Origin: an uncultured Fibrobacterales bacterium
GTDB taxonomy: Bacteria; Fibrobacterota; Fibrobacteria; Fibrobacterales; CAWVXU01
DNA length: 13,374 nt
Assembly (NCBI GenBank): GCA_963934255.1
Contig: CAWVXU010000072.1
Coordinates: forward strand, 1-13,374
Direction: 5' to 3'
Both the position numbers and the translations under genes were made by a program. The notes below the pieces were generated by a model that saw only the letters and a list, made by a program, of their open reading frames with translations, made no database searches and had not been told where the DNA came from. Shown piece after piece: positions 1 to 8,073 of the stretch; within the stretch, counting starts at the first letter, position 1; every line of letters starts with the position of its first letter.

Positions 1-2
1 CC

Positions 3-644
3 ACTGGTTTTAAAAAGTCTATGCTTGTGAGCAAGACCAACGTAACCATTGGCACTAATGATGAATCGAAACTTCATCAAAATGAATTGCAAAAACTTGT
101 AGAAGATTATGTTTCTCAAGAACAAGGTCCTCTTATTACGACTGATGATCCTTTTGATATTGCAATTCAAGGACAAGGCTTTTTCGAAATTGAAACCCCT
201 AATGGAAAACAATATTCAAGGAATGGTTCATTTACTGTAAATACAGCCGGTGAACTAGTCAACCTGAATGGTCATAAGGTTCTCGATGACTCAGGGAGTA
301 GTATTGGTGTCAACGGTGAAAACTTTCAAGTATCAAATGATGGTGTTGTATCAGTAGATGGCAACCGAATGGGAAAACTCAGCTTGATTCAACCCAACGA
401 CTTGCAAGACTTTAAGAGAATTGGAGCTTCCTTATTTGCACTTAAAGACGGTAAAGATGCCCCCACCGAACAATCTGCTTCTCATCTAGCACAAGGTATG
501 TTAGAAGGTTCTAATGTTAATGTGGTTGATTCCATGGTGAAAATGATTTTAATACAAAAACAATATGACTCAAGTGCTAAAGCCGTAAGTTCTATTGATG
601 AGACTTTAAACAAAGCTGTCAATGAAATTGGCCGAGTAGGATAG
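3..644 (+). CDS. flgF: Flagellar basal-body rod protein FlgF (5'-truncated by the window edge)
   Basis: The frame is open to the window edge and reads TGFKKS before the ATG at 21, the tail of the conserved N-terminal ANxxTxGFK motif. It has DIAIQGQGFF, YSRNGSF and LEGSNVNVVDSMVKMI rod motifs and lies directly upstream of flgG. Confidence 0.88.
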   Translation, partial: TGFKKSMLVSKTNVTIGTNDESKLHQNELQKLVEDYVSQEQGPLITTDDPFDIAIQGQGFFEIETPNGKQYSRNGSFTVNTAGELVNLNGHKVLDDSGSSIGVNGENFQVSNDGVVSVDGNRMGKLSLIQPNDLQDFKRIGASLFALKDGKDAPTEQSASHLAQGMLEGSNVNVVDSMVKMILIQKQYDSSAKAVSSIDETLNKAVNEIGRVG

Positions 645-655
645 GATAAAATAAA

Positions 656-1444
656 ATGATACGATCCATTTATACCGCAGCAACAGGCATGAAAGCCAAC
701 CAGCTTTATATTGATAATATTTCGAATAATCTTTCGAATGTCAACACAATGGGATTCAAGAAATCTCGTGTTGAGTTTGAAGATTTGATGTACCAAACAA
801 TTCAAGCACCTGGTGGGGAATCCGAACAAGGGGTTCAAAAACCGACGGGTCTTCAAATTGGTCTTGGTACTAAGGCTACCTCGAACTCAAAGATTTTTAT
901 CCAAGGTAATATTATAAATACCGGGTCACCGACCGATATTGCCATTCAAGGTGACGGGTTTTTCCAAATCCAAATGCCAGATGGTACTACTAATTACACC
1001 AGAAATGGTCATTTTAATAAATCAGCTGAGGGCTATTTGACGACAGATCAAGGTTTTATTATTGAGCCCCCTATTGTCGTTCCTGAAGGTACTAGTGATT
1101 TTGGTATTGACGCTACAGGTTCAGTATCTGTGTTATTCAATGGCGATAGTGAATCAACTGTTATTGGTCAAATAGAATTAGCACGATTTATTAACCCAGG
1201 TGGTATGAAAGCTTTAGGCGGTAATCTTTATCAGCCGACTTCAGCATCAGGTACTCCATTTGTAGGAGCGCCTGGTATGAATTCTACAGGTAAGCTTTTA
1301 CCTCAATCCCTCGAAGCATCTAATGTTCAAATGGTTGAGGAAATGGTGAATATGATTATTGCGCAACGGGCTTATGAAGTTTCATCAAAAGCTATCACGA
1401 CTTCTGATGACATGCTAAACACCGCTAACCAACTAAAGAGATAA
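656..1444 (+). CDS. flgG: Flagellar distal rod protein FlgG
   Basis: 262 aa; MIRSIYTAATGM, NNLSNVNTMGFKK, FEDLMYQ, GLQIGLG, YTRNGHF, LEASNVQMVEEMVNMI, QRAYE. AGGA upstream. Confidence 0.96.
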   Translation: MIRSIYTAATGMKANQLYIDNISNNLSNVNTMGFKKSRVEFEDLMYQTIQAPGGESEQGVQKPTGLQIGLGTKATSNSKIFIQGNIINTGSPTDIAIQGDGFFQIQMPDGTTNYTRNGHFNKSAEGYLTTDQGFIIEPPIVVPEGTSDFGIDATGSVSVLFNGDSESTVIGQIELARFINPGGMKALGGNLYQPTSASGTPFVGAPGMNSTGKLLPQSLEASNVQMVEEMVNMIIAQRAYEVSSKAITTSDDMLNTANQLKR

Positions 1445-1446
1445 TA

Positions 1447-2406
1447 ATGACTAATTTTGCTTTTATATTCCTTAGCTTACTTATGAGTACAATTTACTCA
1501 TCCGGTATTGTTGTGGAATATAAAAAGCAATATGAAGGTCACCTTGGTGCTTTTACTTTAGGCGATATTGCTGAAATTTCTGGAGATCAGAAAGATTCAA
1601 ACGACATTGAAATGTTGAAAGAAATCTTTATTGGTCACATGCCAAGACCAGGCCGCACACAAAAGTTTTACATGAAAACAGCTGAAAAATTTAAAATAAT
1701 CCCTGTTATTGGTATTAATAAAGTCAGGTTTGAAGGAAGTAAAATGGTATTGTTAATACCAAAATCTCAATCACTTAGTAAAGAAAAATTAAAGACTATC
1801 ATCAAGAAATTTGTAAATGAAAAAGCTGTTTCTGTAGGTGATAGTTTGGAAATTAAGTTCAAGTCAATAGTCAAAACTCTTCTCATCCCAGAAGGTGAAT
1901 ACGAGTTACATTGGAAGGTGAAACCAAATTTTGATTCTCGAGGTCAAGAACAAGTGACGATGGAAGTTTTTCAAAACAATAAATTTATCTCAAGACATCG
2001 CTTTAATGTTCTTATTCGCCAGTGGCAAAAAGTTGTACAAACGATTAAAAAAATTAATAAAGGTGATCTTATCCGCGAAGATCAAATTGCTTTGATTTCT
2101 AAAGAAGTGACTCATGACAAAAGATCAATGCCTGTGAATTTTGAAGAAGTTTTAGGCAAAGAGGCTAGAAGAACACTTGTCGCCAAAAGAGTTTTGTTTT
2201 CTCATGAATTAGCAGAACCAAAATTGGTGAGTGTAGGCCAAAGTATTCAGCTAAAAGTAAAATTAGGAAAATCCTTTATAAAAGTAGCGGGAATTGCTCG
2301 TGAAAATGGTGTTTTGAATGAAGAAATCCGAGTGCTCAATAAGGCATCTCAAAAACCACTACAAGGAGTTGTTCGAGCTTCTGGTGTAGTAGAAATAATA
2401 AATTAG
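1447..2406 (+). CDS. flgA: Flagellar P-ring formation chaperone FlgA (long form)
   Basis: Signal peptide; N-terminal TLGDIAEI...PRPG; C-terminal SAF-like region (INKGDLI...VLGKEARR...LVSVGQ...ARENG...IRVLN); sits between flgG and flgH. Confidence 0.88.
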   Translation: MTNFAFIFLSLLMSTIYSSGIVVEYKKQYEGHLGAFTLGDIAEISGDQKDSNDIEMLKEIFIGHMPRPGRTQKFYMKTAEKFKIIPVIGINKVRFEGSKMVLLIPKSQSLSKEKLKTIIKKFVNEKAVSVGDSLEIKFKSIVKTLLIPEGEYELHWKVKPNFDSRGQEQVTMEVFQNNKFISRHRFNVLIRQWQKVVQTIKKINKGDLIREDQIALISKEVTHDKRSMPVNFEEVLGKEARRTLVAKRVLFSHELAEPKLVSVGQSIQLKVKLGKSFIKVAGIARENGVLNEEIRVLNKASQKPLQGVVRASGVVEIIN

Positions 2407-2415
2407 GAGTATCAT

Positions 2416-2979
2416 ATGAAAAAGCTATTAATCAGTATGATGATCATCGGGGTTTGTGTTGGCCAATCTTGGGCATCCAATTTCTCACTGTATACAGATA
2501 AAAAAGGCAAGCAAGTAGGGGATGTACTTACCGTCATAATTTCTGAATCTGCCGAAAGTCGATCAGATACTCAAACAAAGACTGATGAAACCAACCGGAT
2601 GAAGGTATCTGGGCAAGCAGGGACTGGATGGTTAGAGAGTATTCCAGGGCTTGGTTGGACTGGTTCAAGTGACAACAACTATAATGGCCGTGGTCGTACT
2701 CAGCGCAATGGTGAACTCAATGCCACTATTTCTGTTAAAATTGTAGAAGTTTTAGATAATGGGAATCTTGTTATTACTGGAACTAAGCAGGTGACTATGA
2801 ATCAGGAAACTGAGATTATTGAAGTCTCGGGTGTGGTTCGTCCGAATGATATTGCTGCAGACAACTCTCTTTACTCATTTAAAATTGCAGATGCTGTGAT
2901 TCAATATTCTGGCGATGGGGAATTGGATGATGCAACGAGTCAAGGTATTGTAACACGATTCTTTCACTGGTTATTTTAG
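2416..2979 (+). CDS. flgH: Flagellar L-ring protein FlgH (short form)
   Basis: SLYTDKK..VGDVLTVII, VEVLDNGNLVITGTK, SGVVRPNDI..DNS..S..IADA.I.Y motifs; AGGAG RBS; upstream of flgI. Confidence 0.93.
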   Translation: MKKLLISMMIIGVCVGQSWASNFSLYTDKKGKQVGDVLTVIISESAESRSDTQTKTDETNRMKVSGQAGTGWLESIPGLGWTGSSDNNYNGRGRTQRNGELNATISVKIVEVLDNGNLVITGTKQVTMNQETEIIEVSGVVRPNDIAADNSLYSFKIADAVIQYSGDGELDDATSQGIVTRFFHWLF

Positions 2980-2985
2980 GAGCTT

Positions 2986-4092
2986 ATGATGAATACAAGT
3001 ATAAAAATGAAAACAATTCTCTTGACCTTAGTACTTTCGATTAGCACCTGGGCTGTGCGTATTAAAGATGTGGCTCAACTAGAAGGCTTTAGTGAAGTTC
3101 AACTCGTAGGGTATGGGCTTGTAGTTGGTCTTAATGGGACGGGTGATGGGTCTCAAGCTATGTACACCGTTCAATCCACGATTAATTTACTTCGCAACAT
3201 GGGGATTGAAGTTCCAACAGATCGTATCCGTACTCGAAATGTAGCGGCTGTAATGGTCACGACCAACCTAAAGCCCTTTCAAAAAAAAGGGACTAAAATG
3301 GATGTGACAGTCAGTTCAATGGGTGATGCAAGATCTATTGAAGGTGGAACACTTTTAATGACTCCTATGCAAGGTGGAGATGGCGAAGTTTATGCTGTTG
3401 CACAAGGGGCTTTATCTGTAGGTGGACTTAGCGCTCAGTCTTCAGGTGGGAAGTCCTCATCTCGTAGAAACCACATTCTGGCAGGTGAAATACCGAATGG
3501 TGCAATTATTCAAAAAGCTATAAATTTACCATCGCTTGATGGGGGTAATTTACGATGGACTCTGTCCACTCCAGATTTCTCAACCGCGGTTGATATGGCA
3601 ACAAAACTAAATGCTTCATTTGGCCAAGATTATGCTCAAGCTATTGATGCAGCAACAGTTGTGTTAAAACTTCCAAATGAGCAAATTGAAAACTTAATGG
3701 GATCAATCGCTCAAGCTGAAAACACTCAAATTACTCCTCAGACTAATGCAAGAGTTGTGTTAAATGAAAAATCAGGAACCATCGTCGCTGGTGCAGATGT
3801 CAGAATATCTGAAGTCGCCGTTAGTCATGGTTCTATAAATATTGAGATCAGCGCAGAAGAGAGTGTTTCTCAACCAAATGCATTTAGTCTTGGCAAAACG
3901 GCTACTGCTTCCAATGATAAAGTTGGGGTAGAGGAAAGCCAATTTGATATGCAGGTCTTACCAGAAATTACCAATGTTGGAGAGCTCGCTGCTGCACTCA
4001 ATACACTTGGCGTAGCACCTCGTGATGTCATCAGTATATTTCTAGCAATTAAAAAAGCTGGTGCATTACATGCTGAGTTAATTTTGATGTAA
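2986..4092 (+). CDS. flgI: Flagellar P-ring protein FlgI
   Basis: RIKD, LVGYGLVVGLNGTGD, NVAAVMVT, GDARSIEGGTLL, NEKSGTIV, AGALHAEL; AGGAG RBS. Confidence 0.97.
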   Translation: MMNTSIKMKTILLTLVLSISTWAVRIKDVAQLEGFSEVQLVGYGLVVGLNGTGDGSQAMYTVQSTINLLRNMGIEVPTDRIRTRNVAAVMVTTNLKPFQKKGTKMDVTVSSMGDARSIEGGTLLMTPMQGGDGEVYAVAQGALSVGGLSAQSSGGKSSSRRNHILAGEIPNGAIIQKAINLPSLDGGNLRWTLSTPDFSTAVDMATKLNASFGQDYAQAIDAATVVLKLPNEQIENLMGSIAQAENTQITPQTNARVVLNEKSGTIVAGADVRISEVAVSHGSINIEISAEESVSQPNAFSLGKTATASNDKVGVEESQFDMQVLPEITNVGELAAALNTLGVAPRDVISIFLAIKKAGALHAELILM

Positions 4093-4131
4093 TATTTATC
4101 AAACTAACATGATGTGATCAGGTTTATATTT

Positions 4132-4170
4132 AAAAGGGAAATTCCATTTTGTTGGGCTTTCCCTTTTTTT
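4132..4170. terminator. Intrinsic terminator, probably bidirectional, between the flg operon and convergent ppa
   Basis: aaaagggaaa (4132-4141) pairs with tttccctttt (4158-4167), with an inner tcca/tggg pairing; a T7 run closes it on +. Confidence 0.7.
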
Positions 4171-4298
4171 ATATACAGAAGATGATTGAGTAGCTGCTCA
4201 GACAAAGAACCATCAGAAAAAAAAAGAACTACCCGTTTAGGCAGTTCTTTTAAAATTGTGAAAAGTAACGCTAATATAAAGAGAAGCATCAAATTGGG

Positions 4299-4835
4299 TT
4301 AAAGGTCAGTTTCTTCGCCATTTTTATGAGCGGTGAAACGCTTCTGCCCGCGACGAATCACATCTTTAGCATAGTCAGTGCCTAACCATTCACCAATGAT
4401 GACATGCTTGCCTTCAAGCTCTTTGTAATGTTGGAAAAAGTTTTTGGTGACTTTTAAAAACATCGGATCAAGATCAAAAATATCATCATATTTGTGTTTG
4501 TTAAAAGTAGGAACACCGATAAGCTTGTAATCTTTTTTGCCACCGTCAGTCATATCCAAACAACCTAAAACTCGAACTTCAGCTACTGTTCCAGTCAGAA
4601 GAGGCTCTGTCATATAGACAAGCATATCAAGTGCATCGCCATCTTGTCCTAAAGTTGAAGGTAAAAATCCATATGAAGCAGGGTAGTTCATAGAAGTAAT
4701 TAAAGAACGATCAAGTTTGAAGTAGTGAAACTCTTCATCATACTCGTATTTAACACCGGTGTCTTTAGCTATCTCAACAACACAGTTGACAATGTGAGGA
4801 CAATCAGGTCCAGTAGGTAGATCAATTAAATTCAT
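4299..4835 (-). CDS. ppa: Family I soluble inorganic pyrophosphatase
   Basis: VEI..KYE, LDR, YPASYGFLPST..DGDALD, M.DGG..DYKLI, FFQHYKELE. Start set at ATG 4835 (MNLIDLP), behind an AAGGAA RBS. Confidence 0.95.
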   Translation of the reverse strand: MNLIDLPTGPDCPHIVNCVVEIAKDTGVKYEYDEEFHYFKLDRSLITSMNYPASYGFLPSTLGQDGDALDMLVYMTEPLLTGTVAEVRVLGCLDMTDGGKKDYKLIGVPTFNKHKYDDIFDLDPMFLKVTKNFFQHYKELEGKHVIIGEWLGTDYAKDVIRRGQKRFTAHKNGEETDL

Positions 4836-4875
4836 TATAATTCCTTTAAAGCTGGTCACTTAAAGCTAAAAATAT

Positions 4876-5289
4876 TTATCGCAGATAGACTAAAGTTGCA
4901 CCAGAATTGTGACCTTCTTTTCGTGTTTGGCTAATTTTGGACCTGAGAGGACCTGATAAGTGACGGTCAACATACTTTTTAACAGGTCCATATTGACCAA
5001 AACCTCCGCCATGAATAATTCGTAGAATTTTTAACCCTGAATATTTCATGTCTTCGACGGTTATTTCCAGATTGGCGATTGCTTCATCAACTGTCATTTC
5101 GTGTAAATCAAGCTCAAAATCAGCTTTAATCTCAACAATATGCTTGGAACGATGATTTGTTTTTTGTTTTTTGGTGTATTGTTTTGGGCTATTTAAGTTC
5201 ATAAACTCATCCTTGTTAGGGACTCCATTATCATGAATAAAGTCCTTAAGGAATTGCTCTGAATTTAAATAGTTGCCATCTGTTGCCAT
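4876..5289 (-). CDS. Stand-alone Smr (small MutS-related) domain protein, putative endonuclease
   Basis: ELDLHEMTVDEA, LRIIHGGG and C-terminal NSGATLVYL. Start set at ATG 5289 from the promoter position. Confidence 0.85.
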   Translation of the reverse strand: MATDGNYLNSEQFLKDFIHDNGVPNKDEFMNLNSPKQYTKKQKTNHRSKHIVEIKADFELDLHEMTVDEAIANLEITVEDMKYSGLKILRIIHGGGFGQYGPVKKYVDRHLSGPLRSKISQTRKEGHNSGATLVYLR

Positions 5290-5295
5290 GATACA

Positions 5296-5324
5296 AGAAT
5301 ACAAAATCAATCCAAAAATGTCCA
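5296..5324 (-). promoter_or_regulatory. sigma70-type promoter of the Smr gene
   Basis: TGGACA (5324-5319), 17-nt spacer, TATTCT (5301-5296), then 6 nt to ATG 5289. Confidence 0.55.
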
Positions 5325-5493
5325 TTAAGTACATTTTCTAAATCATAAGTATTCCCGTGGTATAACTACTTAACCCATAAATGAATAGCCGCCTTATTGC
5401 TGCTTATTGGTTGAATTGGCCAGAAAGTTAAGGTTCAAATTTGAAGGGTAGGAGAGTGACCAATTAAATTATCTTATATAGGTTGATCCAAGG

Positions 5494-6204
5494 TTATTTA
5501 ACGATTTTAAAGACGGAGCGATAAATAGGGCGACCTTCTTCACGATATTTTTTCTCAAAATTAGTCATGATACCATAAGTTGGTTCGGCATCTTGAATTT
5601 CAAGCTCAAGCCAAGGTGTTTCAGCAAATAGTTCTTGCGCTACTTCGTTATACTCTTGGAAGTCTGTACCCCAATAAAATTTTGATTCACCGCCAGGTTT
5701 TGTTGCTCGCAGAATATTTTCAAGAAGCTCCGGCTTCATTAAGCGTTTCTTGCGTTGTCTTTTTTTGGGCCAAGGATCGGGGAAGTACATGTGAAATGCG
5801 GAAACAGAGTCGTCAGGCACATAATCTCGTAGGAAGTAGAATAAGTCCCCATGAAGCATGACAGCGTTACTGATTTGGTGCTTTTCAATTCGTGAGCCAC
5901 CATAACGAGCACACTTGGTGTCCCATTCTGAGCCCATAATATTGATATCCGGCCGCTTTTCAGCATAATCCAAGGTGAAACCACCTTTGCCTGAGCCAAT
6001 TTCAACTTCAATCGGCTTATCATCGTCAAAAAACTGACTCCAAGAGAACTCTTGGCGAATAGGGATGTTGCCTTCTGTTAAATAAGGCGTAAATGTAGTA
6101 GGGTTTGTTTTGTTTACTAGGTGCCAAGTATTATTATAATCTTGGTCCCTTTTAATTTCGCGTTGAAATTCGTAAACATCTAGGTTTTCAGGTAATTCTT
6201 TCAT
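5494..6204 (-). CDS. trmB: tRNA (guanine-N7)-methyltransferase TrmB
   Basis: VEIGSGKG SAM-binding motif, YFPDPWPKKRQRKKRL, TDFQEY, TNFEKKY...GRPIY. Start set at ATG 6204 because the longer ORF runs across the gatB upstream region. Confidence 0.93.
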   Translation of the reverse strand: MKELPENLDVYEFQREIKRDQDYNNTWHLVNKTNPTTFTPYLTEGNIPIRQEFSWSQFFDDDKPIEVEIGSGKGGFTLDYAEKRPDINIMGSEWDTKCARYGGSRIEKHQISNAVMLHGDLFYFLRDYVPDDSVSAFHMYFPDPWPKKRQRKKRLMKPELLENILRATKPGGESKFYWGTDFQEYNEVAQELFAETPWLELEIQDAEPTYGIMTNFEKKYREEGRPIYRSVFKIVK

Positions 6205-6211
6205 AGAGCTA

Positions 6212-6220
6212 AAAATAGCA
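6212..6220 (-). promoter_or_regulatory. Extended -10 element (TGnTAnnnT) for trmB
   Basis: Minus strand reads TGcTATTTT, ending 7 nt before ATG 6204; no SD sequence. Confidence 0.4.
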
Positions 6221-6270
6221 AAATTTAATATCTTTAGTTCTAAATGAAATGTTCTCATCTTCGAGGAATT

Positions 6271-7728
6271 ATGTCTAAGTATTTTAAAGTTATCGGTTTA
6301 GAAGTTCACTCTCAATTAAATACAGATACAAAGCTGTTTTGTAGCTGTAAAAGAGAGTTTGGCGCCCAATCAAATACACATGTTTGCCCCGTATGTTTGG
6401 CACTTCCTGGGACTCTTCCGGTGCCTAATGAAAAAGCCGTTCGACTTGCAGTCAAACTAGGGCTTGCTCTCAATTGTGAGATCGATCCTGAGCCAATGTG
6501 GACTCGCAAAAACTATTTCTATCCAGATCTTCCTAAAGGTTATCAGATTACTCAAACGGGTGGCCTACCAATTTATGATCATCCCATTTGTAAAAATGGT
6601 TATCTAGACATTGATCTAGAAGATGGTACTACCAAAAGAATTCGTATTAACAGAATCCATATGGAAGAAGATGCTGGTAAACTGATTCACGATCTTGACA
6701 ATAAAAATTCTCACTTTGATGCCAATCGATGCGGAACACCTCTTTGTGAAATCGTCACTGAGCCAGACTTAAGAACCGCCAAAGAGGCGATTGCCTACTT
6801 ACAAAAATTGAAGGCTATTTTAGAATACACAGGTGTTTCTGATGCTGACATGGAAAAAGGTAATTTCCGTTGTGATGCAAATATTTCTATTCGCCTGAGT
6901 GAAGATGCGCCTTTAGGTATACGCGCTGAGATCAAAAACTTAAACTCATTCTCAAGTATTGAGAAATCAATCAATATTGAAGCTGACCTGCAAGCAGTGA
7001 CACTTGATGCGGGTAGGGAAGTGGACCAATGCACCAAACGCTTTGACCTAGCCAACAACAAAACAATTGTAATTCGCTCCAAAGAAGATGCCCATGATTA
7101 TCGTTATTTCCCAGAGCCTGATATGGTTTTGTTAAAAATAACTGATGATATGATTGAAACAGCCCGTGCTGAATTACCAGAACTTCCGGCTGCTCTTAAA
7201 GAGCGCTTCATTAAAGAATACGCAATTACCAGTTACGATGCTGATGTTCTCGTCGCTGAAAAAAATATCTCAGATTATTACGATATCGTAGCCAAGTCCT
7301 CAACTAATCCCAAGCTTGCAGCTAACTGGGTGGTCAGTGAACTCCTGCGTGAAGTCAAAGAAATTGAAGGTGGGTTGGAGGCATGTAAGATCCAACCTCT
7401 GCAATTCGCGTCCATGATTGACCTGATTGACAAAGACACAATTTCAGGTAAAATTGGCAAAAAAGTTTTCGCCGAAATGCTTGAAACAGGTAAAGACCCC
7501 GAAGTCATCGTCAAAGAGAAAAACTTAGTTCAAGTAACTGACACGGGTGCAATCGAAGATATCGTTCGTGAAGTAATTGCCAATAACCAAGGGCAATGGA
7601 CTGACTTTATCGGTGGCAAAGACAAACTCCAAGGGTTCTTCGTCGGTAATGTGATGAAACTATCCCAAGGCAAAGCCAACCCTGGAATGGTCAATCAAAT
7701 TCTTGCTAAAATAAAAGCGGAAGTCTAA
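6271..7728 (+). CDS. gatB: Asp-tRNA(Asn)/Glu-tRNA(Gln) amidotransferase subunit B
   Basis: VIGLEVHSQL, CPVCLALPGTLP, RKNYFYPDLPKGYQI, IHMEEDAGK, FRCDANIS, EIKNLNS, DYRYFPEPD and a C-terminal Yqey-like domain. GAGGA RBS precedes ATG 6271. Confidence 0.97.
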   Translation: MSKYFKVIGLEVHSQLNTDTKLFCSCKREFGAQSNTHVCPVCLALPGTLPVPNEKAVRLAVKLGLALNCEIDPEPMWTRKNYFYPDLPKGYQITQTGGLPIYDHPICKNGYLDIDLEDGTTKRIRINRIHMEEDAGKLIHDLDNKNSHFDANRCGTPLCEIVTEPDLRTAKEAIAYLQKLKAILEYTGVSDADMEKGNFRCDANISIRLSEDAPLGIRAEIKNLNSFSSIEKSINIEADLQAVTLDAGREVDQCTKRFDLANNKTIVIRSKEDAHDYRYFPEPDMVLLKITDDMIETARAELPELPAALKERFIKEYAITSYDADVLVAEKNISDYYDIVAKSSTNPKLAANWVVSELLREVKEIEGGLEACKIQPLQFASMIDLIDKDTISGKIGKKVFAEMLETGKDPEVIVKEKNLVQVTDTGAIEDIVREVIANNQGQWTDFIGGKDKLQGFFVGNVMKLSQGKANPGMVNQILAKIKAEV

Positions 7729-7731
7729 AAA

Positions 7732-8073
7732 GTGACCACTTGGTTCATAAACATTAAAAGCCTACAATATATCATTGTAGGCTTTTTAATTCTATTGCCT
7801 TGCCTCACACAAGCCGAAGTAGACCCACAAGGCAGCTACCTAGATCAAGTCAATAATCAACAAACCAAGCAAGACTCGCTTTCACAATCCGGCCTGACCC
7901 TTGACGTAAAAGATTCCCTAATAGTATCCGATACGGCAAGTCTTCAGGATAAAGCCCCCCAATACATCGAACGTGATTACAACCATCAAGAGCAAGTCAT
8001 CACAGGTGGTGTCATCATGCTCTGCATAGTCGCCATCCTAGTGACCTCAAATAACTTCAATCCCCAACACTAA
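7732..8073 (+). CDS. Hypothetical protein with a signal peptide and a C-terminal transmembrane helix
   Basis: GTG start 3 nt after the gatB stop; hydrophobic N-region ending TQA/E; polar low-complexity middle; hydrophobic VITGGVIMLCIVAILVTS near the C-terminus. Start uncertain. Confidence 0.65.
   Translation: MTTWFINIKSLQYIIVGFLILLPCLTQAEVDPQGSYLDQVNNQQTKQDSLSQSGLTLDVKDSLIVSDTASLQDKAPQYIERDYNHQEQVITGGVIMLCIVAILVTSNNFNPQH
7756..7787 (+). terminator. Intrinsic terminator-like hairpin after gatB
   Basis: Perfect 13-bp inverted repeat aaaagcctacaat / attgtaggctttt with a 5-nt loop, ending in a T5 run; begins 27 nt after the gatB stop. Confidence 0.65.

Noticed and set aside
482..856. 124-aa minus-strand ORF
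   Set aside because: Antisense to flgF/flgG with no recognisable motifs; shadow ORF.
4104..4292. 62-aa minus-strand ORF after ppa
   Set aside because: No RBS or family motif, and it runs through the terminator hairpin and homopolymer runs; probably spurious.
5335..5493. Possible ncRNA (6S-like TTGAACC) in the smr-trmB spacer
   Set aside because: Only weak, G-U-rich pairing and no long closing stem; would need an Rfam search.
5580..6029. ORFs 5580-5861 (+) and 5739-6029 (-)
   Set aside because: Both lie entirely within trmB in alternative frames.
6312..7514. Three minus-strand ORFs inside gatB
   Set aside because: Antisense shadows of a conserved gene.
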